DNA from: an uncultured Gemmatimonadaceae bacterium
GTDB taxonomy: Bacteria; Latescibacterota; UBA2968; UBA8231
Direction: 5' to 3'
Assembly (NCBI GenBank): GCA_964591015.1
Contig: CAZPXM010000004.1
Coordinates: 10,517-74,516, forward strand
Length of the DNA: 64,000 nt
A model generated the notes under the pieces. The model did not search any database. It was not told the origin of the DNA and saw only the letters and a list, made by a program, of their open reading frames with translations. Numbering within the stretch: the first letter of the stretch is position 1; the number at the start of each line of letters is the position of its first letter. Shown here piece after piece: positions 1 through 9,357 of the stretch. Position numbers and translations under genes: made by a program.

Positions 1-1053
1 GAACAGGTCCTGAGCAGGCACGGGCATGGTCTGCCACTGGCCGACCAGCACGCCTTCCTGGTACAGCGCCTTCTCCACGGCGGTCCGGAAGCGGCGCGGC
101 TCCACCTCCATGCCGGCGGCCTGGGGATCGAAGCGCACGTTGTACATGAAGTAGACGTGGCGGCACTCGGGCGGGCAGTAGGGCGGGATCACGCCCGGGA
201 TCTTGCCCAGCTCGCGGCTGAGGTACTCCGCGTTGGCGATGCGGATCGCGTTGCGCTCGTCCAGGTGCAGCAGCTGCGCCCGCGCCAGCGCCGCCGGCAG
301 CTCCTGGTTCCGGTACATGTAGCCCAGGATCGAGGCGTTGTACACGCGGCGCTTGCTGACCTCGTCGATCTCGTCGCCGAAGCAGCGGATGAGCATCCCC
401 TTGTCGAGGTACTCCTCGCTGTCCGTGGTGAGCAGCCCGCCCTCGCCCCCGCACAGGTTCTTGAAGTTGTTCAGCGAGAAGGTGCCGACGTCGCCCAGCG
501 ACCCCACCTTGCGCCCCCGGTAGAGCGCTCCGTGCGCCTGGCAGGCATCCTCGATGACGAACAGCCCGTGACGCCGGGCGATGGCGAGGATCGGGTCCAT
601 GTCGGCCGGCAGCCCCTGGATGTGCACCGGGATGACGGCCTTGGTGCGCTCGGTGATCGCCGCCTCGAGCCGGGCGGGGTCCAGGTTGTAGGTGCGCGGG
701 TCGATGTCGACGAACACGGGAATGGCGTTCTGATGCAAGGCGCAGGAGGCCGAGGCCAGAAACGTGAAGGCGGAGGTGATCACCTCGTCTCCGGGCCCCA
801 CGCCCACCGCCGCCAGCGCCATGTGCAGGGCCGCCGTGCCGCTGGTCGTCGTCAGGCAGTGCCGGGTGCCGACGTACTGCGCCCACTCTCGCTCGAGCGC
901 GGTCACCTGCGGCGCAGTGCCCCCGGCGACGATGCCGCTGTCGAGCACTGCGCCGACCAGGCGCCGTTCGTCCGGGCCGATGATGGGCCAGTTGCGGTAG
1001 TCGCTGCGCTGCAGTACCGGCGTGCCGCCCTCGATGGCTAGCTTCTCTCCCAT
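1..1053 (-). CDS. DegT/DnrJ/EryC1/StrS-family PLP-dependent sugar aminotransferase (3' end runs off window start)
   Basis: Not in the ORF track because it has no in-window stop. Minus-strand translation from the ATG at ~1053 reads MGEKLAIEGGTPVLQRSDYRNWPIIGPDERRLV...EDACQAHGALYRGRKVGSLGDVGTFSLNNFKNL. These are DegT-family motifs, including the active-site-lysine region and SFxxxK. The + strand ORF 157..1041 is antisense junk. Confidence 0.8.
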   Translation of the reverse strand, partial: MGEKLAIEGGTPVLQRSDYRNWPIIGPDERRLVGAVLDSGIVAGGTAPQVTALEREWAQYVGTRHCLTTTSGTAALHMALAAVGVGPGDEVITSAFTFLASASCALHQNAIPVFVDIDPRTYNLDPARLEAAITERTKAVIPVHIQGLPADMDPILAIARRHGLFVIEDACQAHGALYRGRKVGSLGDVGTFSLNNFKNLCGGEGGLLTTDSEEYLDKGMLIRCFGDEIDEVSKRRVYNASILGYMYRNQELPAALARAQLLHLDERNAIRIANAEYLSRELGKIPGVIPPYCPPECRHVYFMYNVRFDPQAAGMEVEPRRFRTAVEKALYQEGVLVGQWQTMPVPAQDLF

Positions 1054-1123
1054 GCCTCCCTCCTTGAAGTTGCCTGACGACGCGCGCGCCACCGCCGTGC
1101 CGGCCACGGGCGCGCAGCAGCCC

Positions 1124-2320
1124 TCACGTCTCCCGCTGCCACGCGATCTGGCCGGCGACAACGGTGTACGCCAGTTCCAGGTCGGCGTCCAGCAGGATCA
1201 GGTCCGCATCCCGGCCCACGGCGATCTCGCCCTTGTTCAGCCCCATGAGCCGGGCGGGGTTGGCCGAGCAGACCCGGCTGGCGGTGCCCAGGTCCTTGCC
1301 GAACAGCCGCACCACGTTGCGGAAGCTCTCCAGCGGTGACAGCGCGCTGCCCGCCAGGATCATGCCGCGATCGGGCAGACGGACGCCGTCGGCGGGGCTG
1401 CGGATACATACGTCACCCCAGGTTCCAGGCATCTGGTACCGGCCCGGAGGCAGCCCCGAGGCCAGGTTGCTGTCGGTGACGAAGACGAGCCGCTCGGCGC
1501 CCTTGCACCGGAACGCTTTCTCGACCAGCAGCGGATCCACGTGCGTGCCGTCGCCGATGAGTTCGCAGGCGAGGCGGTCCTCCAGCAGCAGGTAGTCCAC
1601 CAGACCGGGGGCGTAGATGTCCGGGTCGGGATCCCGGCGCTCGGGCGCGTAGAAGAACACGTCGAACAGGTGGGTGACCAGACGCGCTCCGGCGGCCACC
1701 GCCGCCCGCGCCTGGGCGATGCTCGCCCGGGTGTGCGCGATGGAGCAGACGATGCCGCAGGCGCTGAGCCGCCGGATGACTTCGGGCGCACCATCCAGCT
1801 CGGGCGAGACGTCCCACAGCTTGAGCAGCGACCCGCCGTTGTCCGGGCCGGCACCGGCGGCCAGCAGCATCTCGGTGGTCTCTGTGCCGATCGGTGCCAC
1901 GTCGCGGTCGGTGCCGCCGCTGGGGAGCGCCAGGTAGGGGGACTCCAGGCGGAAGCCGGGCACCTGGGGCACGGCTCGCAGGTCGTCGGTCTCCCGGCGA
2001 TGGCGCCGGATGCTGTGGACGGCCAGCTCGGGCGCGCAGAACAGGGTGGGGTAGAACGTCGTGGTGCCCACCTGCGCCATCACCGCCGCGTAGGCACGCA
2101 AGTCGCCGGTCTCGGCCGAGACCGCCCGCATGCCGTGGGTGTGTAGCTCGACGAGGCCGGGGAGCACGAACAGGCCAGCGGCATCGATCTCGGCCTCGCG
2201 GACCAGCCCGGGTCCTACGGCCTCGATCCGGCGGTTCCGCACCACGACGTCGGCCGAGGCCGTGTGGCCGTCCGGACGGAGCACCCAGCCGCCCCTGAGC
2301 CGCAGCAGATCGTCTTCCAT
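1124..2320 (-). CDS. NagA-like amidohydrolase (N-acetylglucosamine-6-phosphate deacetylase family)
   Basis: The last ~399 aa of ORF 1124..2617 starting at MEDDLLRLRGGWVL. It has metal-ligand motifs LVELHTHG, VTHLFDVF and IGDGTHVD typical of the NagA/amidohydrolase-1 fold. The upstream 99 aa of the ORF are low-complexity and were excluded. Confidence 0.6.
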   Translation of the reverse strand: MEDDLLRLRGGWVLRPDGHTASADVVVRNRRIEAVGPGLVREAEIDAAGLFVLPGLVELHTHGMRAVSAETGDLRAYAAVMAQVGTTTFYPTLFCAPELAVHSIRRHRRETDDLRAVPQVPGFRLESPYLALPSGGTDRDVAPIGTETTEMLLAAGAGPDNGGSLLKLWDVSPELDGAPEVIRRLSACGIVCSIAHTRASIAQARAAVAAGARLVTHLFDVFFYAPERRDPDPDIYAPGLVDYLLLEDRLACELIGDGTHVDPLLVEKAFRCKGAERLVFVTDSNLASGLPPGRYQMPGTWGDVCIRSPADGVRLPDRGMILAGSALSPLESFRNVVRLFGKDLGTASRVCSANPARLMGLNKGEIAVGRDADLILLDADLELAYTVVAGQIAWQRET

Positions 2321-2634
2321 GGCCTTGCCGGAAGCCCGCCTCCCTCCGGTCTGTTCGCTTCGTTCCGGCGTGGGTCTCGACGCCGCCAAGTACGGGGCCG
2401 CGCCTGCGGCCGTCAAGTGCCGACTGCGGCCCTCATGGGTGCCACGATCGCCGGACCGCTCGCCTGGCCCCGCCGGCGGCCGGCGCCCCGCGCCCCGGCA
2501 GCGGGCGGCCGGGGCCATCCCGGCGGCGCCGGGCAAGGCTGCCCGGGCCCGGGGGCCGGGAGCGCACCCGGGCACCGGCGCGAGCGCGCGCCGGCCGCCG
2601 GCAGCCCATGAGGGCATAACCCCCAGGAGGGACC

Positions 2635-3906
2635 ATGGCCAGCTCGTTCCGTGTCGGTGTGGCGGCGGTGGAGATCACGCCGGCCGAGCCAGTGTATCTG
2701 GCCGGCTACTACTACGACCGCCTCTCCACGGGTGTCCACGACCCGCTGTTCGCGCGCGCGCTGGCGGTCAGCGACGGCCGCTGCACCGTGGCGCTGTGCG
2801 TCTGCGACCTCATCGATCTGCCCCGGCCAGCGGTCGAACGGACCCGGCAGCTGGTGCGGCAGCGCTGCGGCCTGCCGCCGGAGTGCCTGATCGTGTCGGC
2901 CATTCACAGCCACACGGCGCCGGATCCGGACCGCCATGCCGAGTTCACGGCGCGGCTGGCGGAGCTGATGGCGGACGCGGTCGCGCAGGCAGTCGCGGGA
3001 CTGGCGCCGTGCCCGCTGCGAGCTGGGCGGGGCGAGGAGGCCACGCTCCAGTTCATCCGGCGCTACCGCATGCGCGACGGCTCGGTGCGCACGAACCCGG
3101 GCATCGGCAACCCCGATGTGGTGGCGCCCATCGGCGCCGCCGATCCCACCGTGTCCGTCCTGCTGGCCGGCGAGACAGGCCGGTTCGGCGCCGGGCTGGT
3201 CCACTTCGGGCTCCATTGCGATACCGTGGGGGGCACGGCGCTGTCGGCCGACTGGACGGGCTACCTGCGGCAGGGGGTGCGCCGCGGGCTGGGCTGCGAG
3301 CCCGAAGTACTGACGCCGATCGGCACGTGCGGCGATGTGAACCACTGGAACGTGTTCCGCAACGTGTCCCTGCGGGGCTTCGCCGAGACCGAACGCATCG
3401 GGACGCGGGTGGCGGCAGCAGCCCTGGCGGCGGCCGCGCAGGCCGGGCCGGTGGAGCCGGGGCCCGTGGTCGGGCTGCGCCAGCCCATCGCGGTGGAGGT
3501 GCGGATGCCGGGGGCGGCCGAACTGGAGGCGGCGAGGGCGCTGCTGGCCACGCCGCCGCCCGCGGGAGTCGATTTCACCATGGACCGAGTGGTCGCCGCC
3601 CGGCACGTGGCCGCGGCCGCCCTGGGGCCGACCGTCGATGTGGACATCACCGTGCTGGCCTTCGGCAGCGTGGCGCTGGTGGGCGTGCCGGCCGAGGTCT
3701 TCACTGCCCTGGGCCGCCAGATCAAGAATCGCTCTCCGTTTCCGCTGACCATGATCGTCACGCTGGCCAACGGCAACCTGGGCTACGTGGGCGAGCGCCA
3801 CAACTACGAGGAGGGCGGGTACGAGACGACCTCGGCGGTCTCGTGTCCGGGCACCGGGGAGCAGATCGTCGACACGGCGGTCGCGCTGCTGCGCCGCGCC
3901 GGCTGA
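2635..3906 (+). CDS. hypothetical hydrolase, neutral/alkaline ceramidase-like
   Basis: 423-aa ORF with a strong RBS (caGGAGGgaccATG). The N-terminal region (VEITPAEPVYLAGYYYDRLSTGVHDPLFARAL...SAIHSHTAP) resembles the bacterial ceramidase_alk N-domain. Divergent from the NagA-like gene across a 315-bp intergenic region. Confidence 0.45.
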   Translation: MASSFRVGVAAVEITPAEPVYLAGYYYDRLSTGVHDPLFARALAVSDGRCTVALCVCDLIDLPRPAVERTRQLVRQRCGLPPECLIVSAIHSHTAPDPDRHAEFTARLAELMADAVAQAVAGLAPCPLRAGRGEEATLQFIRRYRMRDGSVRTNPGIGNPDVVAPIGAADPTVSVLLAGETGRFGAGLVHFGLHCDTVGGTALSADWTGYLRQGVRRGLGCEPEVLTPIGTCGDVNHWNVFRNVSLRGFAETERIGTRVAAAALAAAAQAGPVEPGPVVGLRQPIAVEVRMPGAAELEAARALLATPPPAGVDFTMDRVVAARHVAAAALGPTVDVDITVLAFGSVALVGVPAEVFTALGRQIKNRSPFPLTMIVTLANGNLGYVGERHNYEEGGYETTSAVSCPGTGEQIVDTAVALLRRAG

Positions 3907-3999
3907 GGCGCGCCGTCGGACGCGGCGGCTGGCCAGCAGCGCCCTCGCCGACAGCGCTGGCGGCGGCGCCGGCCCGGGCGGGCGCCGCCGCGGCGACGT

Positions 4000-4911
4000 C
4001 TATCGTGGTTCGGCCCCGGCTCGGCAGTCGAGGTGTGCCTGCAGCCAGGCTGTGGCATCCGCGACGTACGCCACGGGCAGGCTGTGGCCGCCGTCGTACC
4101 ATGTCAGCCGCTTCAGCGGGCTGGCCAGCAACTCGTACAGCCGCTGGCCAGCCGGTGCGGTGACCATCTCGTCGGCCCGCCCGAGCTGGATGAGGAAGGG
4201 CTGCCGGATGCCGGCGGCGTAGTGGTGCGGCGCCACCGGATCGTAGCCTCGCCGCTCGGTGGGCACCGCCGCGGCCACACAGGCCCGGATCCGGGGCTCC
4301 ACGGCGGCCAGCGGGAACACCTGCCACGCGCCCATGCTGTAGCCCACCGCCGCGAGGCGGCCGGCGTCCACCTCGGCGCGCTGCTCCAGGTAGTCTAGGC
4401 CGCGCCGGCAGTCCCGCACCGTCTGTTCGCACACCTCGGCGAGCGTGAAGTAGTTGCGCTGCGGCGCGGGCCCGCTGCCGGGCCAGATGTTGACCACGGC
4501 GTAGTCGTTCTCCGCGATGCGGTCGCCGTGCATCTGAGCATCGAGGGCGAACACGGCGAATCCCGCCGCCAGCAAGGCCCGCCGCAGATTGCCGCCGCTG
4601 ACGTAGTTGTCGTCCTGGTACCAGCATTCCTTCGACCACGACCAGCCGTGAAGGAGAACGACGCACGGATAAGGCGGCGCGCTCGTGCGCGGCACCTCGA
4701 GATAGGCTGGCACCCAGAAGCCCCGCACGCCCCGGTAGACGATCTTGTCTCGCCGCATGGACTCCGTGTCCACGCGTTCGACGATGCGCGCGTCCAGCGG
4801 CACGGCCGGATCGTAGTCGTAGTAGGCGCACACCGCCGCCAGGGCTTCAGGGCCCAGAGCCTGCATCTGTTCCGCCAGCGCGCTGGCCATGCGGCCTGCC
4901 ATCATGATCAT
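4000..4911 (-). CDS. alpha/beta-fold hydrolase (dienelactone hydrolase/esterase-like)
   Basis: C-terminal 303 aa of ORF 4000..5190 from MIMMAGRMASALAEQ. Nucleophile elbow GYSMGA and LLHGW oxyanion region. The N-terminal 93 aa of the track ORF are compositionally junk. Confidence 0.6.
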   Translation of the reverse strand: MIMMAGRMASALAEQMQALGPEALAAVCAYYDYDPAVPLDARIVERVDTESMRRDKIVYRGVRGFWVPAYLEVPRTSAPPYPCVVLLHGWSWSKECWYQDDNYVSGGNLRRALLAAGFAVFALDAQMHGDRIAENDYAVVNIWPGSGPAPQRNYFTLAEVCEQTVRDCRRGLDYLEQRAEVDAGRLAAVGYSMGAWQVFPLAAVEPRIRACVAAAVPTERRGYDPVAPHHYAAGIRQPFLIQLGRADEMVTAPAGQRLYELLASPLKRLTWYDGGHSLPVAYVADATAWLQAHLDCRAGAEPR

Positions 4912-5038
4912 GAGGATGCCTGCCGCCAGCTTGCCGCAGCCGGACGGTCCGCCCGTCCGGCGCGGCACCGCCGTGCTGGCTCGCCCGGTCGCGTGCACCG
5001 CGATGCTCCTGGTGGGCGCGCGACGCCGCACCGGCCGT

Positions 5039-5308
5039 TCACCGGCGCCTGGGCTTGACGATTCCCTGCTGCAGCAGATAGGCCTCGACCTCGTCGGCGC
5101 CCACGTCCACCAGCAGGTGGCCGTCGATCTCCACGCAGGGGGCGCGGTGCTGGCCGCTCTTGCGGACCATCTCGGCGTAGTGCTCCGCATCGGCGCTGAC
5201 GTCGCGGTGCTCGTACTCCAGACCGTACTCGGCCAGCAGGGCGCGTACCCCAGCGGTCCAGGGGCAGCCGGGTTTCAGGTAGGCCACGATGCGCGGTCTG
5301 GCGGTCAC
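5039..5308 (-). CDS. glutaredoxin-family small redox protein
   Basis: RIVAYLKPGCPWTAGVRALLAEYGLEYEHRDVSADAEHYAEMVRKSG...VEIDGHLLVDVGADEVEAYL follows the glutaredoxin/NrdH fold pattern (CPxx active site, ...IDG). Start is assigned to a GTG (VTARPRIV) and is uncertain. Confidence 0.5.
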   Translation of the reverse strand: MTARPRIVAYLKPGCPWTAGVRALLAEYGLEYEHRDVSADAEHYAEMVRKSGQHRAPCVEIDGHLLVDVGADEVEAYLLQQGIVKPRRR

Positions 5309-5546
5309 GGTCCTCGCCTCCCGGATTTCGCGTGCGGGCTGCTGCTCCGGCGGCTGGCGGCCATGCGCACCGGGCAACCGGCAACGATACCGACAGGCGC
5401 GCCGCTGTCAATCGGCCTCGTCGCGCGCTTGCGGTCCGGCCGCCGCGCCCCGGCCCGGCAATCGGCGCTCACCCTGGCCGCCCTGCCCGCAGCCCCGCCG
5501 CCTGCGTCCACGCCGTGCGGCCCCCGGGTCGAGCCGCTGCCGGCCG

Positions 5547-6701
5547 TCACGGCACGACGACCACCTTCAGGCGGTCCGCGGCGAACGACCGCTCCAGCGC
5601 CGCCTCGGCCTGCGCCAGCGGATACTCGTGCGTCACGAAGCGCTCGAACGGGAACCGCGCGGCTTCCCGGACCAGCAGCTCCATGCTCGGCGTGTACCCG
5701 ATGAACGGGTGGTTGGTCATGCCGAAGAGCCGGATGTTGCGCGCGCACAGATGCCGGTGCGGATTGAGCGCCACCGCACCGGTGTCGACGAAGTTGCCGG
5801 TCTCCAGGTAGACGCCGCCCTTGCGGGTCATCTCCAGGCCCTCGGGCACGACCGCGGCGGTGCCGACGCACTCGACCACGATGTCCGCGCCTCGCCCGCC
5901 CGTGAGCTCGCGCACCGCCTCGACGCGCTCCTGCGCGGTGGTGCGGGTGACGTCGAGGGTATGGTCGGCACCGAACTGCCGGGCGAGATCCAGCCGGTAC
6001 TGGGAGACGTCCGTCGCGACGATGCAGCCGGCGCCCATGACGCGCGCCTTGATGAGGTGGCACATCCCCATGCAGCCGGCACCCTGGATGACGACCGTGC
6101 AGCCGGTCGCGAACCCCTCGCCCGCCAGGGTCGAGAATTCCCGCAGCTTGTCCAGGTTGTAGCTGACGGCCATCAGCTCGGCCATCACGGCCACGCGCAG
6201 GGGCAAGGCCTCCGGCACGTGGTACAGGAACGCCTCGGGCAGGACGTACAGATACTCGGCCCAGCCGCCGAACAGATGCGGAGGAGTGGCGCAGGTGAGC
6301 GAGTTGCCGTACCCCCGCAGGTTCTCGCACCAGGGGAAGGCGAAGGTGTGGCGGCACGCGTGGCAGGTGCCGCAGATCACGTCCGGACACAGGGCAACCC
6401 GGTCCCCGACTCGCACGGGACGTCCGTCGAAATCGAGGCGGGGACGCGCGCGGTCGTCCAGCTCGGCGATGGTGCCGATCAGCTCGTGACCCGGAATGAT
6501 CGGGAAGGGGGTGCACGACTCCGCGGCGGTGCCGGCGTACTGCCGCGTCTCGCCGCGCCAGGTATGCCGGTCCGTGCCGCAGATGCCGCACATCTCCACG
6601 CGGAGCAGTGCCGCGCCGGGTGCCAGGGCGGGGAACGGGAACTCCTGGACCTCGATCCTGCCCGGTTCTACCATCACCGCTGCCTTGACCATGCCGGCCA
6701 T
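5547..6701 (-). CDS. Zn-dependent alcohol dehydrogenase, MDR superfamily (threonine/sorbitol dehydrogenase-like)
   Basis: C-terminal 384 aa of the 1175-aa track ORF, from MAGMVKAAVMVEPGRIEV. Catalytic-Zn motif VEMCGICGTDRH, structural-Zn Cys cluster CGTCHACRH, Rossmann GAGCMG. RBS GGAG upstream of the ATG at 6701. The rest of the 1175-aa ORF is an artefactual read-through. Confidence 0.85.
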   Translation of the reverse strand: MAGMVKAAVMVEPGRIEVQEFPFPALAPGAALLRVEMCGICGTDRHTWRGETRQYAGTAAESCTPFPIIPGHELIGTIAELDDRARPRLDFDGRPVRVGDRVALCPDVICGTCHACRHTFAFPWCENLRGYGNSLTCATPPHLFGGWAEYLYVLPEAFLYHVPEALPLRVAVMAELMAVSYNLDKLREFSTLAGEGFATGCTVVIQGAGCMGMCHLIKARVMGAGCIVATDVSQYRLDLARQFGADHTLDVTRTTAQERVEAVRELTGGRGADIVVECVGTAAVVPEGLEMTRKGGVYLETGNFVDTGAVALNPHRHLCARNIRLFGMTNHPFIGYTPSMELLVREAARFPFERFVTHEYPLAQAEAALERSFAADRLKVVVVP

Positions 6702-6823
6702 CCGTCTGACTCCTGTGTGCACCGACCAGGCCGGGCTCACCGCGACACGCTCGGCAGGCTGCGCCGGATCCGGCGCGGGTCGAGCGGCGCCGGCGGGCCG
6801 ATCTGCTGCCGCCACCCCTGGCG

Positions 6824-7432
6824 CTACTGCAGCCGTCGCTTCACGTGACGAGTCAGGCGACCCACCACGGGCAGCACGTCCAGCACCGCACCGGTATCCC
6901 AGTAGTCCTGCTGGAATACCACCTGCCCGTCCGTGCTGAAGCGCACGTGGGAGATCCCCAGGACGCGCACCGGCTTCCGGGGGGCAGCCCGGCTCAGCAG
7001 GTGCATCTCCCAGGTGCAGTAGTACTCGCCGCCGGCGCCGTCGCAGCGATCGATGGCGAACGTGCACTCCTGGATCGGCTCGGCCATCTTGAGGAAGTAC
7101 CGCTCGATGGCGTCGAGCCCCTGCACGCTCTTGAACGGGTCGCCGAAATACGCGTCGGGCGCGTACAGCGCGCGGACGCCAGCCCGGATCCTCTCGGCCG
7201 AGTAGACCTCGTAGAACTCGCGGAAGCGTGCCAGAGCCGCCTGTTCGCCCTCCGCGCCGGGACAGAGGAGCTGGATCGCCGCCGGTGCGGTGCGGGCCAG
7301 CGCCTCGCGGTAGAGCTGGAACCGCGGGGCTGCCACCTGATCGGTCTGACCCCGACAGCCCGGCGGGACGACCAGCAGCGCGGCCAGGCCACACGAGCGC
7401 GCCTGCCTTCTGAGCCAACCGGGTCCATCCAT
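6824..7432 (-). CDS. NTF2/SnoaL-like fold protein (hypothetical)
   Basis: 202-aa ORF with an N-terminal signal-like segment and an NTF2-like core (ERYFLKMAEP...CTWEMHLL...HVRFSTDGQVVFQQDYWD). Sits upstream of the ADH gene on the same strand. Confidence 0.4.
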   Translation of the reverse strand: MDGPGWLRRQARSCGLAALLVVPPGCRGQTDQVAAPRFQLYREALARTAPAAIQLLCPGAEGEQAALARFREFYEVYSAERIRAGVRALYAPDAYFGDPFKSVQGLDAIERYFLKMAEPIQECTFAIDRCDGAGGEYYCTWEMHLLSRAAPRKPVRVLGISHVRFSTDGQVVFQQDYWDTGAVLDVLPVVGRLTRHVKRRLQ

Positions 7433-7822
7433 GTTCCTCTCCCTGCCGCCCCCGCCCCGCCGCCAGTCCGTAGCCCGGAACTGGCGGTCGCCTGCGGGCC
7501 TCGGCGGACCGCACCCGGCCGCGCCTCCGGCTCGACGGGAGGGGACCCGCGTTCGGAAAGATGCGCCGGCCGGCCGCGGCGCACCAGAGAGGCCGCCAGC
7601 CGGGCTCGAGCGGGTCCGCGGCCAGGGCGTCCAGCTGCAGCTGCGCTGCTCGGGCTACGATCCGGCGGCGTTGGACACGAAGCAGAGCGACAGCACGAAG
7701 ACGCGGTCTGCCATGCGTTCGGCCCGATCGACGCGCATGGCGAGCATCTTGATGGCGGCCCGGATGGCGGCCGGGGGAGCCATGTCCGGCTGCCGCGCCC
7801 TGCGCCACAACGTCGTGCCGAC

Positions 7823-9355
7823 CTAGCGGGGCTGCTGGCGCCGCAGGTACGTGGCTCCCGAGAGCGCGTCCAGGGGCACTCCGGGGTCGAAACGGGCCGC
7901 TTCCGGCGCGGTGTAGGCCAGGTCGCGGATCTGCGTGGAGCGCAGGTGGACGGAACCCTGGACCAGTTCGGGCACGTTGTAGTTCAGCAGACAGGTGTCG
8001 TAGAAGTCGGGGTCGCGCTGCGGCAGGACGAACGGCTTGGAGAAACGGCCGGCCACATCGACGTGCGTAAAGAACGGGCGGGCGTAGCGGCCGTCGAGCC
8101 GCTTGCTGGAGAAGACCAGCCACCGGCCGCTGGACGACCAGCTGTGGTAGGACTCGGCGCGGTCGCTGTTGATGGGCAGGGGGGCGGCGGTGCGCGTCTC
8201 CAGGTCCATCACCCACAGGTCGCTGGTCGCGTTGTGGATCGTGAAGTAGCCGTGGTCGGCGGCGCAGAAGACCAGCCAGCGACCGTCGGGCGAGACCCGC
8301 GGGAACGAGTAGCTGCGGCCGGTGGCTCCGGCGGAGAGCAAGGTGTCCGCCTGACCCCAGGTGCCGGCCTCCGGATCGCAGGGAATGCGGACCAGGCTGT
8401 AGGCAGCCTCGATGGTCTCGTGGCGGTCCTGCGGGCGCGGCGCGCTGATGTAGTAGAGCCAACGACCGTCGGGAGACCATGCCGGCAAGTTCTCGCGAGC
8501 GGGCGTCGAGACCTGCGGCGACGTGGTGACCTGGCGGGTGGCCGTGTCGTAGACGATCAGGTCCGAGGCGCTGTCGCACACCTCGATCGGACAGCGCTCC
8601 TCGGCGCTGAAGGTCTGGGTGATCAGATTCACCGAGTAGGCGATGTGGCGGCCGTTCGGGTGCCAGGCCGGGTACACCCCCGCCGACATGGTCTGCGACG
8701 TCTTCGTGTTCACCTTTTCTGCTCGCTGCGGCGTGACGATCAGCGTGCCCGGCAGACGCGAGCGGAGGTGCAGCATGAATCGCGACGGATCGTGGTTGGC
8801 GAACGCGTGGCAGTTGAGGCAGGCGAAACGGACGGCGCGGTTCTCCAGCAACGGGCGTTCGGCGAAGCTCTCCAGATCGCGCTGATAGATGCCCAGCTTC
8901 TCCCACAGCACATACCCGGCGTTGATCAATCGGTAAGTCAGGTGGCTGTCGATGGGGTCGGCGGCGACCTCGTTCACGAGGGGCTCGTAGGTCTCCCAGG
9001 AACCGTCGGCCAGCCGCGCCGAGATCTCCACCGCGAAGCTGCCGCCGCGGCTCGCGGCCAGCAGCCGCCGCCACTGGGCGAGGGGGATGCGGACCGCGCG
9101 GCTGCCAGTCAGCTCGAAGCCGGCTCCGCCCGGACCGCGCAGGCGAACGCGGAAGGCGCTGCCGCGCTCAACGATGCGGAAGTTCAGCGGGGCCAGATTC
9201 GGAGGCACGGTGATCCCGGAATAGTCGGGTTCGATCCTGGGCTGCCTGCCGACGCGCACGGCATCGGCCGGCGGCCGGCCGCAGGCCGCCAACACCAACC
9301 CGCACGAAGCTGCCGCGAGCCGGACCACCAGCGACCATCGGCCTTTGCGAGCCAT
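7823..9355 (-). CDS. PD40/TolB-like beta-propeller lipoprotein with an N-terminal CXXCH haem-binding motif
   Basis: From MARKGRWSLVVRLAAASCGLVLAACGRP (lipobox LAAC) to the stop at 7823. It has one CXXCH (RFACLNCHAFANHD). It also has repeated PD40-type propeller blades (WSPDGRWLYY, VSPDGRWLVF, WSSSGRWLVFSS). The stop of the upstream gene lies 2 nt before this start. Confidence 0.6.
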   Translation of the reverse strand: MARKGRWSLVVRLAAASCGLVLAACGRPPADAVRVGRQPRIEPDYSGITVPPNLAPLNFRIVERGSAFRVRLRGPGGAGFELTGSRAVRIPLAQWRRLLAASRGGSFAVEISARLADGSWETYEPLVNEVAADPIDSHLTYRLINAGYVLWEKLGIYQRDLESFAERPLLENRAVRFACLNCHAFANHDPSRFMLHLRSRLPGTLIVTPQRAEKVNTKTSQTMSAGVYPAWHPNGRHIAYSVNLITQTFSAEERCPIEVCDSASDLIVYDTATRQVTTSPQVSTPARENLPAWSPDGRWLYYISAPRPQDRHETIEAAYSLVRIPCDPEAGTWGQADTLLSAGATGRSYSFPRVSPDGRWLVFCAADHGYFTIHNATSDLWVMDLETRTAAPLPINSDRAESYHSWSSSGRWLVFSSKRLDGRYARPFFTHVDVAGRFSKPFVLPQRDPDFYDTCLLNYNVPELVQGSVHLRSTQIRDLAYTAPEAARFDPGVPLDALSGATYLRRQQPR

Positions 9356-9357
9356 CT

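Noticed and set aside
7433-7822. Small ORFs in the 390-bp gap between the NTF2-like gene and the PD40 gene (e.g. 42-aa MAPPAAIRAAIKMLAMRVDRAERM... on minus)
   Set aside because: No RBS, no conservation cues and biased composition. Likely non-coding intergenic/terminator region.
5547-9074. 1175-aa minus-strand ORF spanning ADH, NTF2-like and PD40 gene regions
   Set aside because: Only its last 384 aa (Zn-ADH) have protein-like composition and motifs. The rest is Arg/Pro/Gly-rich read-through, typical of GC-rich DNA. It overlaps separately supported genes in other frames.
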